Shown piece by piece: positions 11,342-20,934 of a DNA stretch of 64,000 nt. This DNA comes from an uncultured virus (IMG/VR IMGVR_UViG_3300030406_000618) (taxonomy: Duplodnaviria; Heunggongvirae; Uroviricota; Caudoviricetes). The stretch is from IMG/VR virus record IMGVR_UViG_3300030406_000618; one strand, written 5' to 3'. A model generated the notes under the pieces. The model searched no databases. It was not told the DNA's origin and worked only from the letters and a program-made list of their open reading frames with translations. The position numbers and the translations under genes were made by a program. How positions within the stretch are numbered: position 1 is the stretch's first letter; every line of letters begins with the position of its first letter.

Positions 11342-11946
11342 TAATAGACCCTATTATTTCTTGTTATTGTATATGCTTGGTCAGGAGTATCGAAAATAGA
11401 ATAATCTCCTGTAGTTGCTTCTGCTTGCTTAAGAACAATTAATGCTCTTGCTTCGTCTTCTGTAGAAAATTTGTGTAATGCGTTTGCACCAAGTGTTCTA
11501 TCGTGGAACACTCTAGCACTTCTTATTGTGATGTATCTTTTTGCTTGCTCAGGTATTTCGTTAAAAGGTAACAAATATACAATTACTACATCCTCAAAGT
11601 TAGTATCAAATATGTCTGTATTTTTTGCTAAGTTATATAAATAGTTATCTCTTTGTACTATATCGTATTGTACTCTTGAGTATTTATTATTATCTAATTC
11701 TACACGTAATATGTTTGTAGCTAGTGGTATCTTATTAGAAGTATCTCTAGATAAGGTAACTTTATAATGTGTATTAAAATGCCACCCTGCACTTTGTACT
11801 TCTCTTGTTATCTCAGATAAAATATTAATAGCTACTGTACCGTCAACTGGTAAAGACCCTGATAATGTGTTCAGTGGTGCTTCACCAATAGTTGATAAAA
11901 TAGTATTTACGGCTTCAAGCTCCGTTGTTCTTGTTGTTGTTGTCAT
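11341..11946 (-). CDS. Tail tubular protein A (gp11-like)
   Basis: TELEAVNTILSTIGEAP...GWHFN motif. Confidence 0.92.
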   Translation of the reverse strand: MTTTTRTTELEAVNTILSTIGEAPLNTLSGSLPVDGTVAINILSEITREVQSAGWHFNTHYKVTLSRDTSNKIPLATNILRVELDNNKYSRVQYDIVQRDNYLYNLAKNTDIFDTNFEDVVIVYLLPFNEIPEQAKRYITIRSARVFHDRTLGANALHKFSTEDEARALIVLKQAEATTGDYSIFDTPDQAYTITRNNRVY

Positions 11947-12127
11947 ATTCTACACACTTAAAATGATAATCTCTTATTCCTTCGTCTTTTAAAATTTCGT
12001 CTAGGTCGTTTCCTTGTTTAATACATTTAGCAACAGTTTCGTGTTGTTGTTTTAAAGGAGTACATGTTAGTTCGTTATATGCATCAGGCGGAAAGCACAT
12101 AAAACCAATTAAATAAATAAGTTTCAT
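11915..12127 (-). CDS. Hypothetical protein (70 aa, four Cys)
   Basis: ORF fills the gap between the terminator and tail tube A. Confidence 0.55.
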   Translation of the reverse strand: MKLIYLIGFMCFPPDAYNELTCTPLKQQHETVAKCIKQGNDLDEILKDEGIRDYHFKCVEYDNNNKNNGA

Positions 12128-12130
12128 AAA

Positions 12131-12160
12131 TAAAAAAGGGGGGAACTAAATCCCCCCATT
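12131..12160 (-). terminator. Intrinsic terminator after capsid gene (T-phi position)
   Basis: Minus strand GGGGGG-ATTTAGTT-CCCCCC followed by a T run. Confidence 0.85.
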
Positions 12161-12167
12161 GTGGTTA

Positions 12168-13121
12168 TTATTGTGTTTTGATAGACACTGCACTCTCAGG
12201 TCTTAATACGTTTGAGCCTACTGCCATTCTTGCAGTCATTAATGTACCAAGTCTTCTTGGGTCATAAGTTGTCTCAAGCACTAAGTCTTTAAGTTTTACA
12301 GTACCAATCGCTGATGAATGGAATAAAGTAGCCACGTGATATTGGCCGTCAACATTATATGTGTTGTTTGTTCCACTCACTGCTGATGAGTTATCAGCAA
12401 ATGCAGTTACCGCAGTGTTTGATTTCACTACAGGCACACCACCGATTGCTACCACTGTACCTTTACCAAAGTCACCATTGTTAGATGAGAAGTCACGTGA
12501 GACTAGCTTATCTACGTTTGCTAACTTGTAGTAAATGTCAGGGTTTACAACAATGTATCTACCTGCATCTGGAACGTCATTCTCGTCAAGTCTTTGAATA
12601 CCTTCAAAGATAGATGCGATAAGACTATCCATGTTTGTGTTTGCGTCTGCATCAGTAATTTCTAAACCGCCATTTAAGTCAGTTGTAATATTTGCAGATG
12701 CTTGTGAAGCCAAGATAGCTAACTGTAGTAAGTTTTGGTCTACAGTCTTTGCTAATGCACTTCCCATTTCTTTTGAGTAAATTGAACGCACATCATAGTG
12801 ATTTTTCAATTCATCCATTTCAGCAACAAATGCTGATGCTACGAGCATGTCATCAATGTTGATGATTTTCTCGTTGTGTTTCACTGCTGAACCAGTGATT
12901 TCATTTCCTACTGTATGATAACCTGCGCTTATCTTTCCAGTTACAGGGAATTGAGCAGACTTTCCGTTTGCAATAGTTCTAACGGTGGTCATACCTAACA
13001 TGAGGTTCTCACGTTGAAAACTTGCAAGAACTTCACCACTGAAAACTTTCAAGAATAATGCGTCAAAGGCCGTACCAGTATTGTTGACTAAACCTAGTCT
13101 ACTTGGGGTTGCGTTTGCCAT
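12168..13121 (-). CDS. Major capsid protein (gp10-like)
   Basis: ALFLKVFSGEVL...RTIANGKSAQFP...LRPESAV; strong AAGGAG RBS. Confidence 0.95.
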   Translation of the reverse strand: MANATPSRLGLVNNTGTAFDALFLKVFSGEVLASFQRENLMLGMTTVRTIANGKSAQFPVTGKISAGYHTVGNEITGSAVKHNEKIINIDDMLVASAFVAEMDELKNHYDVRSIYSKEMGSALAKTVDQNLLQLAILASQASANITTDLNGGLEITDADANTNMDSLIASIFEGIQRLDENDVPDAGRYIVVNPDIYYKLANVDKLVSRDFSSNNGDFGKGTVVAIGGVPVVKSNTAVTAFADNSSAVSGTNNTYNVDGQYHVATLFHSSAIGTVKLKDLVLETTYDPRRLGTLMTARMAVGSNVLRPESAVSIKTQ

Positions 13122-13243
13122 AATTATTCTCCTTTATGGTTATTGTTATGTATTTCCTATCTACTTTCTTAGTGGGTTTGTTGTCTGTCGTAACAGGCAA
13201 ACTGTTGGGGTTTCAATAAGCATCTCTCTAATGAGGGATGATG

Positions 13244-13513
13244 CTATGCTAGTTTAGTTCCTTTTTTCCAAGATTTAACGGCCCAATATGCAGGTGACAA
13301 ATTCTTTTGACCGTCTACTTTTTTTAATACTGCACCCATTCGTGCTAAGAAACTTTTTTGTCTTTCAGGATTATTTCTTTTTATACTGAGATTAGGGTCA
13401 CCAAACGATACTTTCTTAATATTTCCTGATGATTTATCTCTTACATAAACCATATATTTTTTATTTTTATTAGGATTTCTTAAGATTTTATTTAGTGGCT
13501 TGTCAGTCGACAT
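13244..13513 (-). CDS. Small basic protein (DUF6321/DUF5754-like)
   Basis: KKVSFGDP...RQKSFLAR...SPAYWA; homologous to 56256-56537. Confidence 0.7.
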   Translation of the reverse strand: MSTDKPLNKILRNPNKNKKYMVYVRDKSSGNIKKVSFGDPNLSIKRNNPERQKSFLARMGAVLKKVDGQKNLSPAYWAVKSWKKGTKLA

Positions 13514-13653
13514 TACTTCTTCTTTTTAATTTTAGCTTTGTCTTTCCATTTGTTTTGCATATCTCTATATGCTTCAGGTGAAATGGTAGAGTTCTTTTTA
13601 GAACGTGAGATACCCTTTTTCTTTCTTCTGTTAATATTTTCTACTAATGACAT
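13513..13653 (-). CDS. Basic micro-protein, 46 aa
   Basis: MSLVENINRRKKKGISRSKKNSTISPEAYRDMQNKWKDKAKIKKKK; TAATG-coupled on both sides. Confidence 0.75.
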   Translation of the reverse strand: MSLVENINRRKKKGISRSKKNSTISPEAYRDMQNKWKDKAKIKKKK

Positions 13654-13793
13654 TATACTACTACCTTCTTTTTCTTTTTAATTTTTAGCTTTGCAAAATC
13701 TTCGCCAGTAATTTTTTGAAAAGGCGGTGCTTGCTTAGCAATTTTCATTTGTTTAGGTGATAACTTAACCTTCTTACCGTAATGACTTGGCAT
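13653..13793 (-). CDS. Basic micro-protein, 46 aa
   Basis: MPSHYGKKVKLSPKQMKIAKQAPPFQKITGEDFAKLKIKKKKKVVV. Confidence 0.75.
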   Translation of the reverse strand: MPSHYGKKVKLSPKQMKIAKQAPPFQKITGEDFAKLKIKKKKKVVV

Positions 13794-13795
13794 AA

Positions 13796-13915
13796 CTATT
13801 TCTTCTTTTTAATCATAAGCATCATCTTAGCTTTTTTATCCATAGCTGATTTTGCTTTTTTCTTTTTAGGTGGTCTTCCTTTTTTTGAACCATAAGTTCC
13901 TTTTCCCATAGGCAT
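13796..13915 (-). CDS. Basic micro-protein, 39 aa, AT-hook-like KKGRPPKK
   Basis: MPMGKGTYGSKKGRPPKKKKAKSAMDKKAKMMLMIKKKK; AAGGAG RBS upstream. Confidence 0.75.
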   Translation of the reverse strand: MPMGKGTYGSKKGRPPKKKKAKSAMDKKAKMMLMIKKKK

Positions 13916-13916
13916 A

Positions 13917-14327
13917 TTAATTATTCTCCTTCTTTAATTTTCCTGCTACTTTCTCAGCACTCCTACCTACCGTATATCCACCGACACCGATAGTTAGTAA
14001 TGTCCATAATGCGTCAGGAAGTTCTAATAATATTCCCCAACCAAAAAATGCGTTGGCATAGGGAACAAGTAAATAGTTGTTAGCTATAATCAAAACCACT
14101 ATTAACATTAATAATGGTCTCCAATTTCTAGCTAGCCAACTTTCGCTTTTAGCTTCTGCTAAAATTATATTACTAGCAGTAGTAAGTTCTTTCATCTCAC
14201 CTGCTAAAACTTGTTGTTGTATAGTTTGTTTTATTTTTTCACGTTCTTCTTTACTATCTATGGCTTTATCTACAGTTTTAAATAAAGCAGATACCATAGG
14301 TGTAACTGCGCCTAATAACTGTATCAT
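13917..14327 (-). CDS. Holin (3TM, GTA-holin-like)
   Basis: AEAKSESWLARNWRP, hydrophobic helices, GYTVGRSAEK C-terminus. Confidence 0.8.
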   Translation of the reverse strand: MIQLLGAVTPMVSALFKTVDKAIDSKEEREKIKQTIQQQVLAGEMKELTTASNIILAEAKSESWLARNWRPLLMLIVVLIIANNYLLVPYANAFFGWGILLELPDALWTLLTIGVGGYTVGRSAEKVAGKLKKENN

Positions 14328-15133
14328 AGGACACTAGACCTTGCGATTTTTTCTGACACTGATTTTCTATATGCAGGGTCTTTTTCATAACGTGGGTCAC
14401 TCATAGCTTCTGTTACTTGTGCTACAGAAGAAAACACATCATTATTACTTAGGTTTGTTTCACCTTGTAAAATTTGTGTATTAGTATCAGTGCCAACAAT
14501 ACCTGCTTTTGCCATTAATCCTTGTAATGCAAAATCCATTTGTTGTTGTGAGCCATTATCAATAGTCTCATTAAATGCATTTTGTTCGTCTTCACTTAAA
14601 TTATTAGAAGCCCATTCCATAAGTTCTTTGTAGTTTTCTTCACCACCAACAGTATCATACATTCTGCCTATAGACTGGTCTGCTAATGCTTTTTGTCCTT
14701 CAATATATCCGTCAACTAATTCTTTTGGTAATCCTGCATTTTCTAATTCAGTATAACTTTGTTCAGATAAACTTCCTTCTCCTACCCATTCATCATAATA
14801 CTTTTCTAAAGTTAGACCTTCTTGTGGTGCTTCTTCAGTAGTATTTTGTTGAGGTGTTTCTTCTTGTTGTTGTGGGCTAGATTGTTTCTTTTCTAATTCT
14901 GAATAAGCCTTTGCCATATCTTCAGCAGTTTTAAATTTTTCAGGTAACCACTCAGGTCTATCTTCTGAAGATTGTATATCAGTATCAGGTTGTGAAACTG
15001 TTGTAGAAGTTTCTTTGTCAGATAACGTACCTGTTTCTGTAATACCAAAACCTTCTTTTTGTAAGTTTTGTGCTGATTGTTCTAGACTTTCATTTGTATT
15101 ATCAGGATTGATTTCTACTCTTTCTGTACTCAT
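14324..15133 (-). CDS. Capsid assembly scaffolding protein (gp9-like)
   Basis: Acidic; RPEWLPEKF, VGGEENY and AMSDPRY motifs. Confidence 0.9.
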   Translation of the reverse strand: MSTERVEINPDNTNESLEQSAQNLQKEGFGITETGTLSDKETSTTVSQPDTDIQSSEDRPEWLPEKFKTAEDMAKAYSELEKKQSSPQQQEETPQQNTTEEAPQEGLTLEKYYDEWVGEGSLSEQSYTELENAGLPKELVDGYIEGQKALADQSIGRMYDTVGGEENYKELMEWASNNLSEDEQNAFNETIDNGSQQQMDFALQGLMAKAGIVGTDTNTQILQGETNLSNNDVFSSVAQVTEAMSDPRYEKDPAYRKSVSEKIARSSVL

Positions 15134-15135
15134 TA

Positions 15136-16740
15136 TTACTCCTTATTAGCAATAGTAGGTTGACCTTGTTCATCTACAGTTAAGGTCTGATTATTATTGT
15201 TTAGTAGTTCACCTGCTTTAGTAATAACTCTAGGGTCTAAGAATTGTTGACCTGCTTGAGATGCTTGTTGTTGTTGCATCTCTTGTTCTACTTGCTCAGG
15301 TGATTTTATTAAACCTTGTGTGTCTATTCCGTTTGCTACTGCAAACTTCTTAATAGCATCATTTAGGTTTACATATTTAGCTAATGTTTCCGCACCTAAT
15401 GTAGATGCTAAATCAGACATAAATTGTAAAAGTTTTATTCTGTCACTAGCCCTACCTAATGCTTCCATTCCTACTATTATTTTTGTTTTAACAATATCTT
15501 TTGGAAGTTCAGGTAGTAGTTTCTGTCTCCTTAACAAAGCTATTTTTGCTTGTAAATAAGGCAACTGAAATTCTGTTGTTAGTATGCCATAGACACCACC
15601 AAGAGCATCTTGTAATTCGTTAGCAACTAGTTGTACTTCTGTTGCCGTAACTCTCTCAGCTTGTCTTTGTACTGATGCATTTAATAAAAATGCAAATTGT
15701 AATCTTTGTTCTATTCGTTGTGAAGCTTCTAAGGCTACTCTAAAATCACCAAATTTATTAGCTTGTAATACAGAAACATCCTGTGCTTGGCCTTCAATAA
15801 TTGCACCATTTGGTGCTTTTGCTATTGATGATGCTCTTGTAGTACCGTTAGGTGATACCATAAATAACATTTTAGATGATGCAGATGAGCCTTCTAATAT
15901 AGACCTTGTTAGTCCTTCTAATGATTTTAAATCACCAATATAACTTTCTACATGTCCTCTACCATAATCACTACCGTCTACTCTATTAAATCGTAGTGGT
16001 ATGTATGGCATATTTTCTTCTGTAAATTTTTGTTTTAATACTTCTACTTTTTTTATTTCTTGCATTAACTCGTAACCATTTTTTGCTTTTTTAATGCATG
16101 TATATAAGTGCAAGAATTGATTGTCTTCCATATCTTGTGGAATAACATTTTGTAATTTAGGGGGAATAGATGCTCTAGAAATATGCTCTTTGATTATGAT
16201 AGTAAGTATCTTGCCTTCAGGGTCACGTTTAACTACGTAGTTTTCTAATCTAATTACACGTAATCCTTGTTCGCCTAATTTTAATAATACATTACCTGAT
16301 ATGATTAATTGTTTTAATGCTTCGTATACTGCAACTCTATCATTGTTGCTTTCAATATTGTCCATGATAGATTTTTCTATCTTGGCTAAACCTTGTTCTA
16401 TTGTAGCTTTTTGTTCAGGATTACCTTCTAATTGTTTATAAATTAAATCATCAATATCTAATCTAAAAAATGGTGCTTGAGGTGGAAACAAAGCTAACAT
16501 TAATTTAGATGCTAGATTAGTAACACCTCTACTACCTACTGATTGATATGGTGTAGGATATGTTGTTGCTTCGTTTGCTCCTTTTGGCGGAAATAAATGT
16601 GGTATAGTTAGTTCAGATGCTTCTCTTGCTCTCTCAATATATGTCTCTCTATTGATGCTCAGCTTTTCGTACTGACTTTCAATATTAGATTTATCATCTT
16701 TATTGGCAGTAGTTCCTAAGCTATAAGTCTCTGTAGCCAT
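15136..16740 (-). CDS. Portal / head-tail connector (gp8-like)
   Basis: PYQSVGSRGVTNLASKLMLALFP, YGRG and ERVTATEV motifs. Confidence 0.95.
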   Translation of the reverse strand: MATETYSLGTTANKDDKSNIESQYEKLSINRETYIERAREASELTIPHLFPPKGANEATTYPTPYQSVGSRGVTNLASKLMLALFPPQAPFFRLDIDDLIYKQLEGNPEQKATIEQGLAKIEKSIMDNIESNNDRVAVYEALKQLIISGNVLLKLGEQGLRVIRLENYVVKRDPEGKILTIIIKEHISRASIPPKLQNVIPQDMEDNQFLHLYTCIKKAKNGYELMQEIKKVEVLKQKFTEENMPYIPLRFNRVDGSDYGRGHVESYIGDLKSLEGLTRSILEGSSASSKMLFMVSPNGTTRASSIAKAPNGAIIEGQAQDVSVLQANKFGDFRVALEASQRIEQRLQFAFLLNASVQRQAERVTATEVQLVANELQDALGGVYGILTTEFQLPYLQAKIALLRRQKLLPELPKDIVKTKIIVGMEALGRASDRIKLLQFMSDLASTLGAETLAKYVNLNDAIKKFAVANGIDTQGLIKSPEQVEQEMQQQQASQAGQQFLDPRVITKAGELLNNNNQTLTVDEQGQPTIANKE

Positions 16741-16976
16741 TAACTAGTTGGAAAATTTACTCCACTTGCAACTAATCCTGATGTAGCTAGAGGTATTCTA
16801 AGTTCTCCTCTACCTAATCTTTTATTACCTTTACCGCTACCTATCTTTAAGTTTCTTCCTTCAGCAGAAGCAGGTGCATTTTGCACGTCTCCTGTTGTAG
16901 CAGTTTTCACTACTGGTGGTGTTGGTGGGGTAGGTTCAGGTGCAGGTGGTGGGCTTGGGTTTCCGCCTAAACACAT
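16740..16976 (-). CDS. Small virion protein before portal
   Basis: MC- start, Pro-rich, GRGELRI; syntenic with the small genes before T7 gp8. Confidence 0.6.
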   Translation of the reverse strand: MCLGGNPSPPPAPEPTPPTPPVVKTATTGDVQNAPASAEGRNLKIGSGKGNKRLGRGELRIPLATSGLVASGVNFPTS

Positions 16977-17158
16977 TATTCCGTCTCCTCGTATTCTGTT
17001 TGTTTTTTATATTCTTCTCGAAGGTGATTAACAACAGACCTTTGGCCTGATTTATAGAAAATTGTCCTCTCATTGTCATTAATATCAGCACATCTATCAG
17101 GAAATAACTCCTCTAAATATGCTATTAACTCCTCTGTGAGTAAGGGTTTACTGGCCAT
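16976..17158 (-). CDS. Hypothetical protein, 60 aa
   Basis: LEELFPD...GQRSVV motif; GGAG RBS; coupled to neighbours. Confidence 0.65.
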   Translation of the reverse strand: MASKPLLTEELIAYLEELFPDRCADINDNERTIFYKSGQRSVVNHLREEYKKQTEYEETE

Positions 17159-17480
17159 TACTATTGTTATTTTCTCCTAAAGTGTCACTTAATTTATCTA
17201 AGGCTTCTTTTAGTTCACCTGCAATACCACCGTAACCACATATATCTACGTAATCATCTTCATTAAACTTACCATGTTGCGTTCTTGCAACCTTTAACAA
17301 TACCATAAGTAATGCTACATCAGCAGTATTTAATATTATATTTGCTCTAAATTTATTAGTTAAATAACCTGACCACAATCTTGCTATGTTATCGTGATTG
17401 ACTATTTTATCTCCGTTTTGTTTTGCTCTGTCACCATTAACTAGTTCCAGTGCGTTTTGTAGTGTCTTTGTAGTGTCCAT
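17148..17480 (-). CDS. DUF6378-like protein
   Basis: DRAKQNG...IARLWS...MVLLKVAR...DDYVDICGY. Confidence 0.75.
   Translation of the reverse strand: MDTTKTLQNALELVNGDRAKQNGDKIVNHDNIARLWSGYLTNKFRANIILNTADVALLMVLLKVARTQHGKFNEDDYVDICGYGGIAGELKEALDKLSDTLGENNNSNGQ
17174..17193 (-). promoter_or_regulatory. Phage RNAP promoter for late genes (ATTAAGTGACACTTTAGGAG)
   Basis: Motif copy just upstream of the head-gene cluster. Confidence 0.8.
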
Positions 17481-18222
17481 ATTTATAACTCCATTGTTTG
17501 ACTACACCATTTTGTAAATCGTATTCATCATTATGTAGTATTCTTGCTAAGGTTGCTTGACGGTAGGCATCATCAACTGTTAATCCTTGTTTAATATACT
17601 CATTGATGACAATATCCCAGTTGTCTTCAAAATTATTTGTAGGATTTAGTAGTCTACTAGCTTTTACCTGACCGACAGACGGACAACCTTTATATCCGTC
17701 AGCAATATCACCAACCAAAACTTGTACCATAAAATTATAATCTGCCATGTGTTTAGGTACGATATCTATATTTTCATCAAAGTCACAATGTATTGCAGGT
17801 ATTGTCTTCATATCTTTATCACCTGATAAAATTACGCATCTATCTTTGTAGTCACCTGTAGCTAATATACCAATAACATCATCACCTTCTAACATAGGAT
17901 ATAATTCACTGTCATGTGTTTGCATGACATAATCTTTTAATGGTTTATAACAAACAGGTTTTCTTACAGTCTTTCTGTGTGCCTTGTAATCTTTATCAAA
18001 TATCTTTCTAAAATTTTGTTTACCGTCAGTAAAACAATGTATTGCTCTGTCTGTCTCTGTAAACTCTAGATAGTTTTTAGTTTGATAATCGTATAATCTT
18101 TTTGCTTCTTTGAAGTCACTGTGTAACGACCATTCATCATTACCCCAATCAACAGGTATTTCTAATGCTGAGGATATACGATATGCTAACATATCGGCAT
18201 CTACTAATAATACTTTAGGCAT
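17437..18222 (-). CDS. 5'-3' exonuclease (gp6-like)
   Basis: LLVDAD, YKAHR, EGDDVIG, DKDM and GDIADGYKGCP motifs. Confidence 0.92.
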   Translation of the reverse strand: MPKVLLVDADMLAYRISSALEIPVDWGNDEWSLHSDFKEAKRLYDYQTKNYLEFTETDRAIHCFTDGKQNFRKIFDKDYKAHRKTVRKPVCYKPLKDYVMQTHDSELYPMLEGDDVIGILATGDYKDRCVILSGDKDMKTIPAIHCDFDENIDIVPKHMADYNFMVQVLVGDIADGYKGCPSVGQVKASRLLNPTNNFEDNWDIVINEYIKQGLTVDDAYRQATLARILHNDEYDLQNGVVKQWSYKYGHYKDTTKRTGTS

Positions 18223-18506
18223 TCCTTTATCTCCACTAATTCAATTATATTAGATGCAGGTATCACCGTTGAATTACCTGCTTGTGTTATTGTACCGTCA
18301 TCATTAATTATGATGTCACCTACAAACTTGTATTTCTTTTTTGTCTTGGATATTAACCACCCTGAAGTAACACAGTTACCTACGTCTTGCTTTTTGATTT
18401 CTTCTATGTCTTGCCATGCACTATCACTTGCAGGGTCTATCCACCAACATAAGTAAAATTTATATGGAAAATTATCTTTGTTTATTTTCTTCCGAGTATT
18501 TTTCAT
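18204..18506 (-). CDS. Hypothetical protein with WxDP..DSAW motif
   Basis: Homologous by eye to 49473-49727. Confidence 0.6.
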   Translation of the reverse strand: MKNTRKKINKDNFPYKFYLCWWIDPASDSAWQDIEEIKKQDVGNCVTSGWLISKTKKKYKFVGDIIINDDGTITQAGNSTVIPASNIIELVEIKECLKYY

Positions 18507-18945
18507 TTACCATTTCCTGTATTTCAATTTGTATTGCGTAATCATTGATTACTTCTAACGGTATAAGAACAAGCTTTGATGTATTAGCATCACCGCCCAT
18601 AACTACTTTCTTTTTTCTTTGATAATATCCTGTAATAGTTTGTAGCCTATCTATAGGTATTAGAATTATGTTAGGTTTTTCTTGTTTTTGCCAAAGTATA
18701 AAAGCCCAGTAGTCAGATTTTGTTGTAGATAAACCTGACGGTTTACCACGACTTTCTATTTCGACTGCTATATTGCCAGTCTTACTCCACTTCTTATCTG
18801 TCTTTACTTCCAACTTTTTATTACCTAATATTTTTTTCAATTCGTTTTCCCACTGAAGACCAAACTTTAAATCTTTTTTAAAATCAATGTCATATTCTTT
18901 AGTGTGTTTCACTCCAATCTCTGCCAACTTTGATTTCACCGTCAA
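18472..18945 (-). CDS. Putative PD-(D/E)XK-fold nuclease-like protein
   Basis: EVKTD...TGNIAVE...KPSGLSTT..DYW. Confidence 0.55.
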   Translation of the reverse strand: MTVKSKLAEIGVKHTKEYDIDFKKDLKFGLQWENELKKILGNKKLEVKTDKKWSKTGNIAVEIESRGKPSGLSTTKSDYWAFILWQKQEKPNIILIPIDRLQTITGYYQRKKKVVMGGDANTSKLVLIPLEVINDYAIQIEIQEMVNEKYSEENKQR

Positions 18946-20668
18946 GCCTACATCTAAATTTCATAGCTTGACGTGTGTCCTCAAAAATACTTTCTGCAAT
19001 AGTTTTAAATTCATCAACACGATTTTTCTTTACAATAAATTGCATCTCGTCATGGACATGAAGAACCATTGCGTAGTCTTCACCCCATACAAAATTATTC
19101 TTTTGTAATTTTTCATTAAGAATGATTGTTCCCTTCTTAACTATTATTGCTCCTGCTGATTGAATAAGTGTGTTTAGAGCCGAATGCTCACTACGACACA
19201 TTAACTTGCGATTGTCTAATCCTCTCAAAAATTTTTTGTTGTGGTATGCATCACTGACTGCTTGCTTTAGATATTTAAGAGCAGGTAATTTTTTCTCAAA
19301 GTTATCTCTTAATCGTTTTCCTTCTCTACTGTTTCCCTCAGTAATGAGACCGAGTTTTTCATTTCCTGCACCGTATATGTAAGCATAGATGAAAGTCTTA
19401 GCTTGATTTCTTGTACTAAGCCCAACTGCTTGTTGGTTAACGGTGTGGATATCTCCTTCCAATAACTCCTTAATGAATTTGCCACTGTCAAAACTGTGAA
19501 GATAGTGGCCCAAAACACGAAGTTCCAAACCGCTAAAATCAATACCAAGCATGGCAAAACCACTAGGAGCAGTAAAGAGACTACGTAGTTCTTTACCGTA
19601 TGGGCTTGAGGAACTGACAACTTGTTGAAGGTTAGGTGAGTTCGCAGTACATCTACCTGTGACCGCACCATTTGTAATAATTTTTCCATGTATTTTATTC
19701 TCCTTTGTAACTAATTTTAAGTATGATTGTTCTCCGTCAGATAGCTGACCTAATCTTTTCTGTAACATAAAATGCTCAGCTAAAAGTTTTGCTTCAGGAT
19801 ATTCTAATTTTTTTAATATCCGTTCATTTATTTCAGGCTTACCAGTTGGTGTAAACTCTGTTGGTTTCCATTTATAATTAAGTATTAATCGTTCAGCTAT
19901 ATGGTCTCTACTGTTTGGATTAAACTCAACCATTTTAAATTTTTTTACAGGTACACCTTTTTTGTAACCTAATCTTTTATTGTCTCTTTTTGGTACTAAT
20001 GTATCTGTATGTTTTTCTATTGGCGGAAAAGCCTTTGTTAATTTATTTTCTAACTCAAGCCTTTGTTTAGTTAAGAAAACAAATAACTTTTCAGCAGAAG
20101 TTAAATCAAAATTTACTCCTTGACGTTCTTGTTTTCTAATCCAATGAGCAAACTTATGTTCTAGTTCTATAGCTTCTGAGGAATATCTTTGTTGTAATAT
20201 TTTTACATACAGTAAGTAAGTTACTTCAACATCATTCTCACAATATGATTGCATGTCAGGTGTCCAGTTTTCAAAGCCATATTTTTTTATGTAGTCACCT
20301 TTTCGTTGGCCTAATCTATAACCCCATGCATCTAGTGAATGCTTACCTATTAACTGACTAGGTACAATTTTTTCTCTAAAGTCTTTGTCTTTTATGTCAG
20401 TCCATATTAATCTTGTAATTAGTAATGTATCTATAAGTTTGTTATTAAATTTTACTTTAAAAACTTTTTCTATAGCAGGTATGTCAAAGTCTTGTATGTT
20501 ATGACCTATTAATTCTTTTGCGTTTATTAGTAAGTCAACACCTTCTTTTACTTTGTCAGGTGTAAAAGAATAGACTTCTTTTGTATCTATATCTTTTGCT
20601 ACAATGCAATGCACCTTTGTCATTACATCTACTAATCCGTCTGTCTCTATATCAAATACTAATCTCAT
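18899..20668 (-). CDS. polA: DNA polymerase family A with 3'-5' exonuclease (gp5-like)
   Basis: FDIETDG, DFSGLELR, AKTFIYAYIYG and HVHDE motifs. Confidence 0.95.
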   Translation of the reverse strand: MRLVFDIETDGLVDVMTKVHCIVAKDIDTKEVYSFTPDKVKEGVDLLINAKELIGHNIQDFDIPAIEKVFKVKFNNKLIDTLLITRLIWTDIKDKDFREKIVPSQLIGKHSLDAWGYRLGQRKGDYIKKYGFENWTPDMQSYCENDVEVTYLLYVKILQQRYSSEAIELEHKFAHWIRKQERQGVNFDLTSAEKLFVFLTKQRLELENKLTKAFPPIEKHTDTLVPKRDNKRLGYKKGVPVKKFKMVEFNPNSRDHIAERLILNYKWKPTEFTPTGKPEINERILKKLEYPEAKLLAEHFMLQKRLGQLSDGEQSYLKLVTKENKIHGKIITNGAVTGRCTANSPNLQQVVSSSSPYGKELRSLFTAPSGFAMLGIDFSGLELRVLGHYLHSFDSGKFIKELLEGDIHTVNQQAVGLSTRNQAKTFIYAYIYGAGNEKLGLITEGNSREGKRLRDNFEKKLPALKYLKQAVSDAYHNKKFLRGLDNRKLMCRSEHSALNTLIQSAGAIIVKKGTIILNEKLQKNNFVWGEDYAMVLHVHDEMQFIVKKNRVDEFKTIAESIFEDTRQAMKFRCRLDGEIKVGRDWSETH

Positions 20669-20934
20669 TGCACCAATACCACCTTTATTCTTTTTGTTGC
20701 AGGTAATGCTTCATGTATTACCGTTAATGCTTTGTTAATTACTTCTTTTGCTTCATAGTCACCACATAAAACAATCGGTATTACATTCTGATATTTCACA
20801 GAATGATAAATAGCTTTCATAATTGTTCTACAAGTTTGAAAAACTAATTGTTGTTCCTCTTCTGTAAATGTTAAGTAGTCTTCTTTCTCTACAAGATAAG
20901 ATAAAATAAATTTTGTTAGACTTCTTTCGTTCAT
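20665..20934 (-). CDS. Hypothetical protein
   Basis: ATGA-overlapped with both neighbours. Confidence 0.6.
   Translation of the reverse strand: MNERSLTKFILSYLVEKEDYLTFTEEEQQLVFQTCRTIMKAIYHSVKYQNVIPIVLCGDYEAKEVINKALTVIHEALPATKRIKVVLVQ

Noticed and set aside
12168..12200. T7 10A/10B-type capsid frameshift
   Set aside because: No evident slippery site; a double stop and terminator follow immediately
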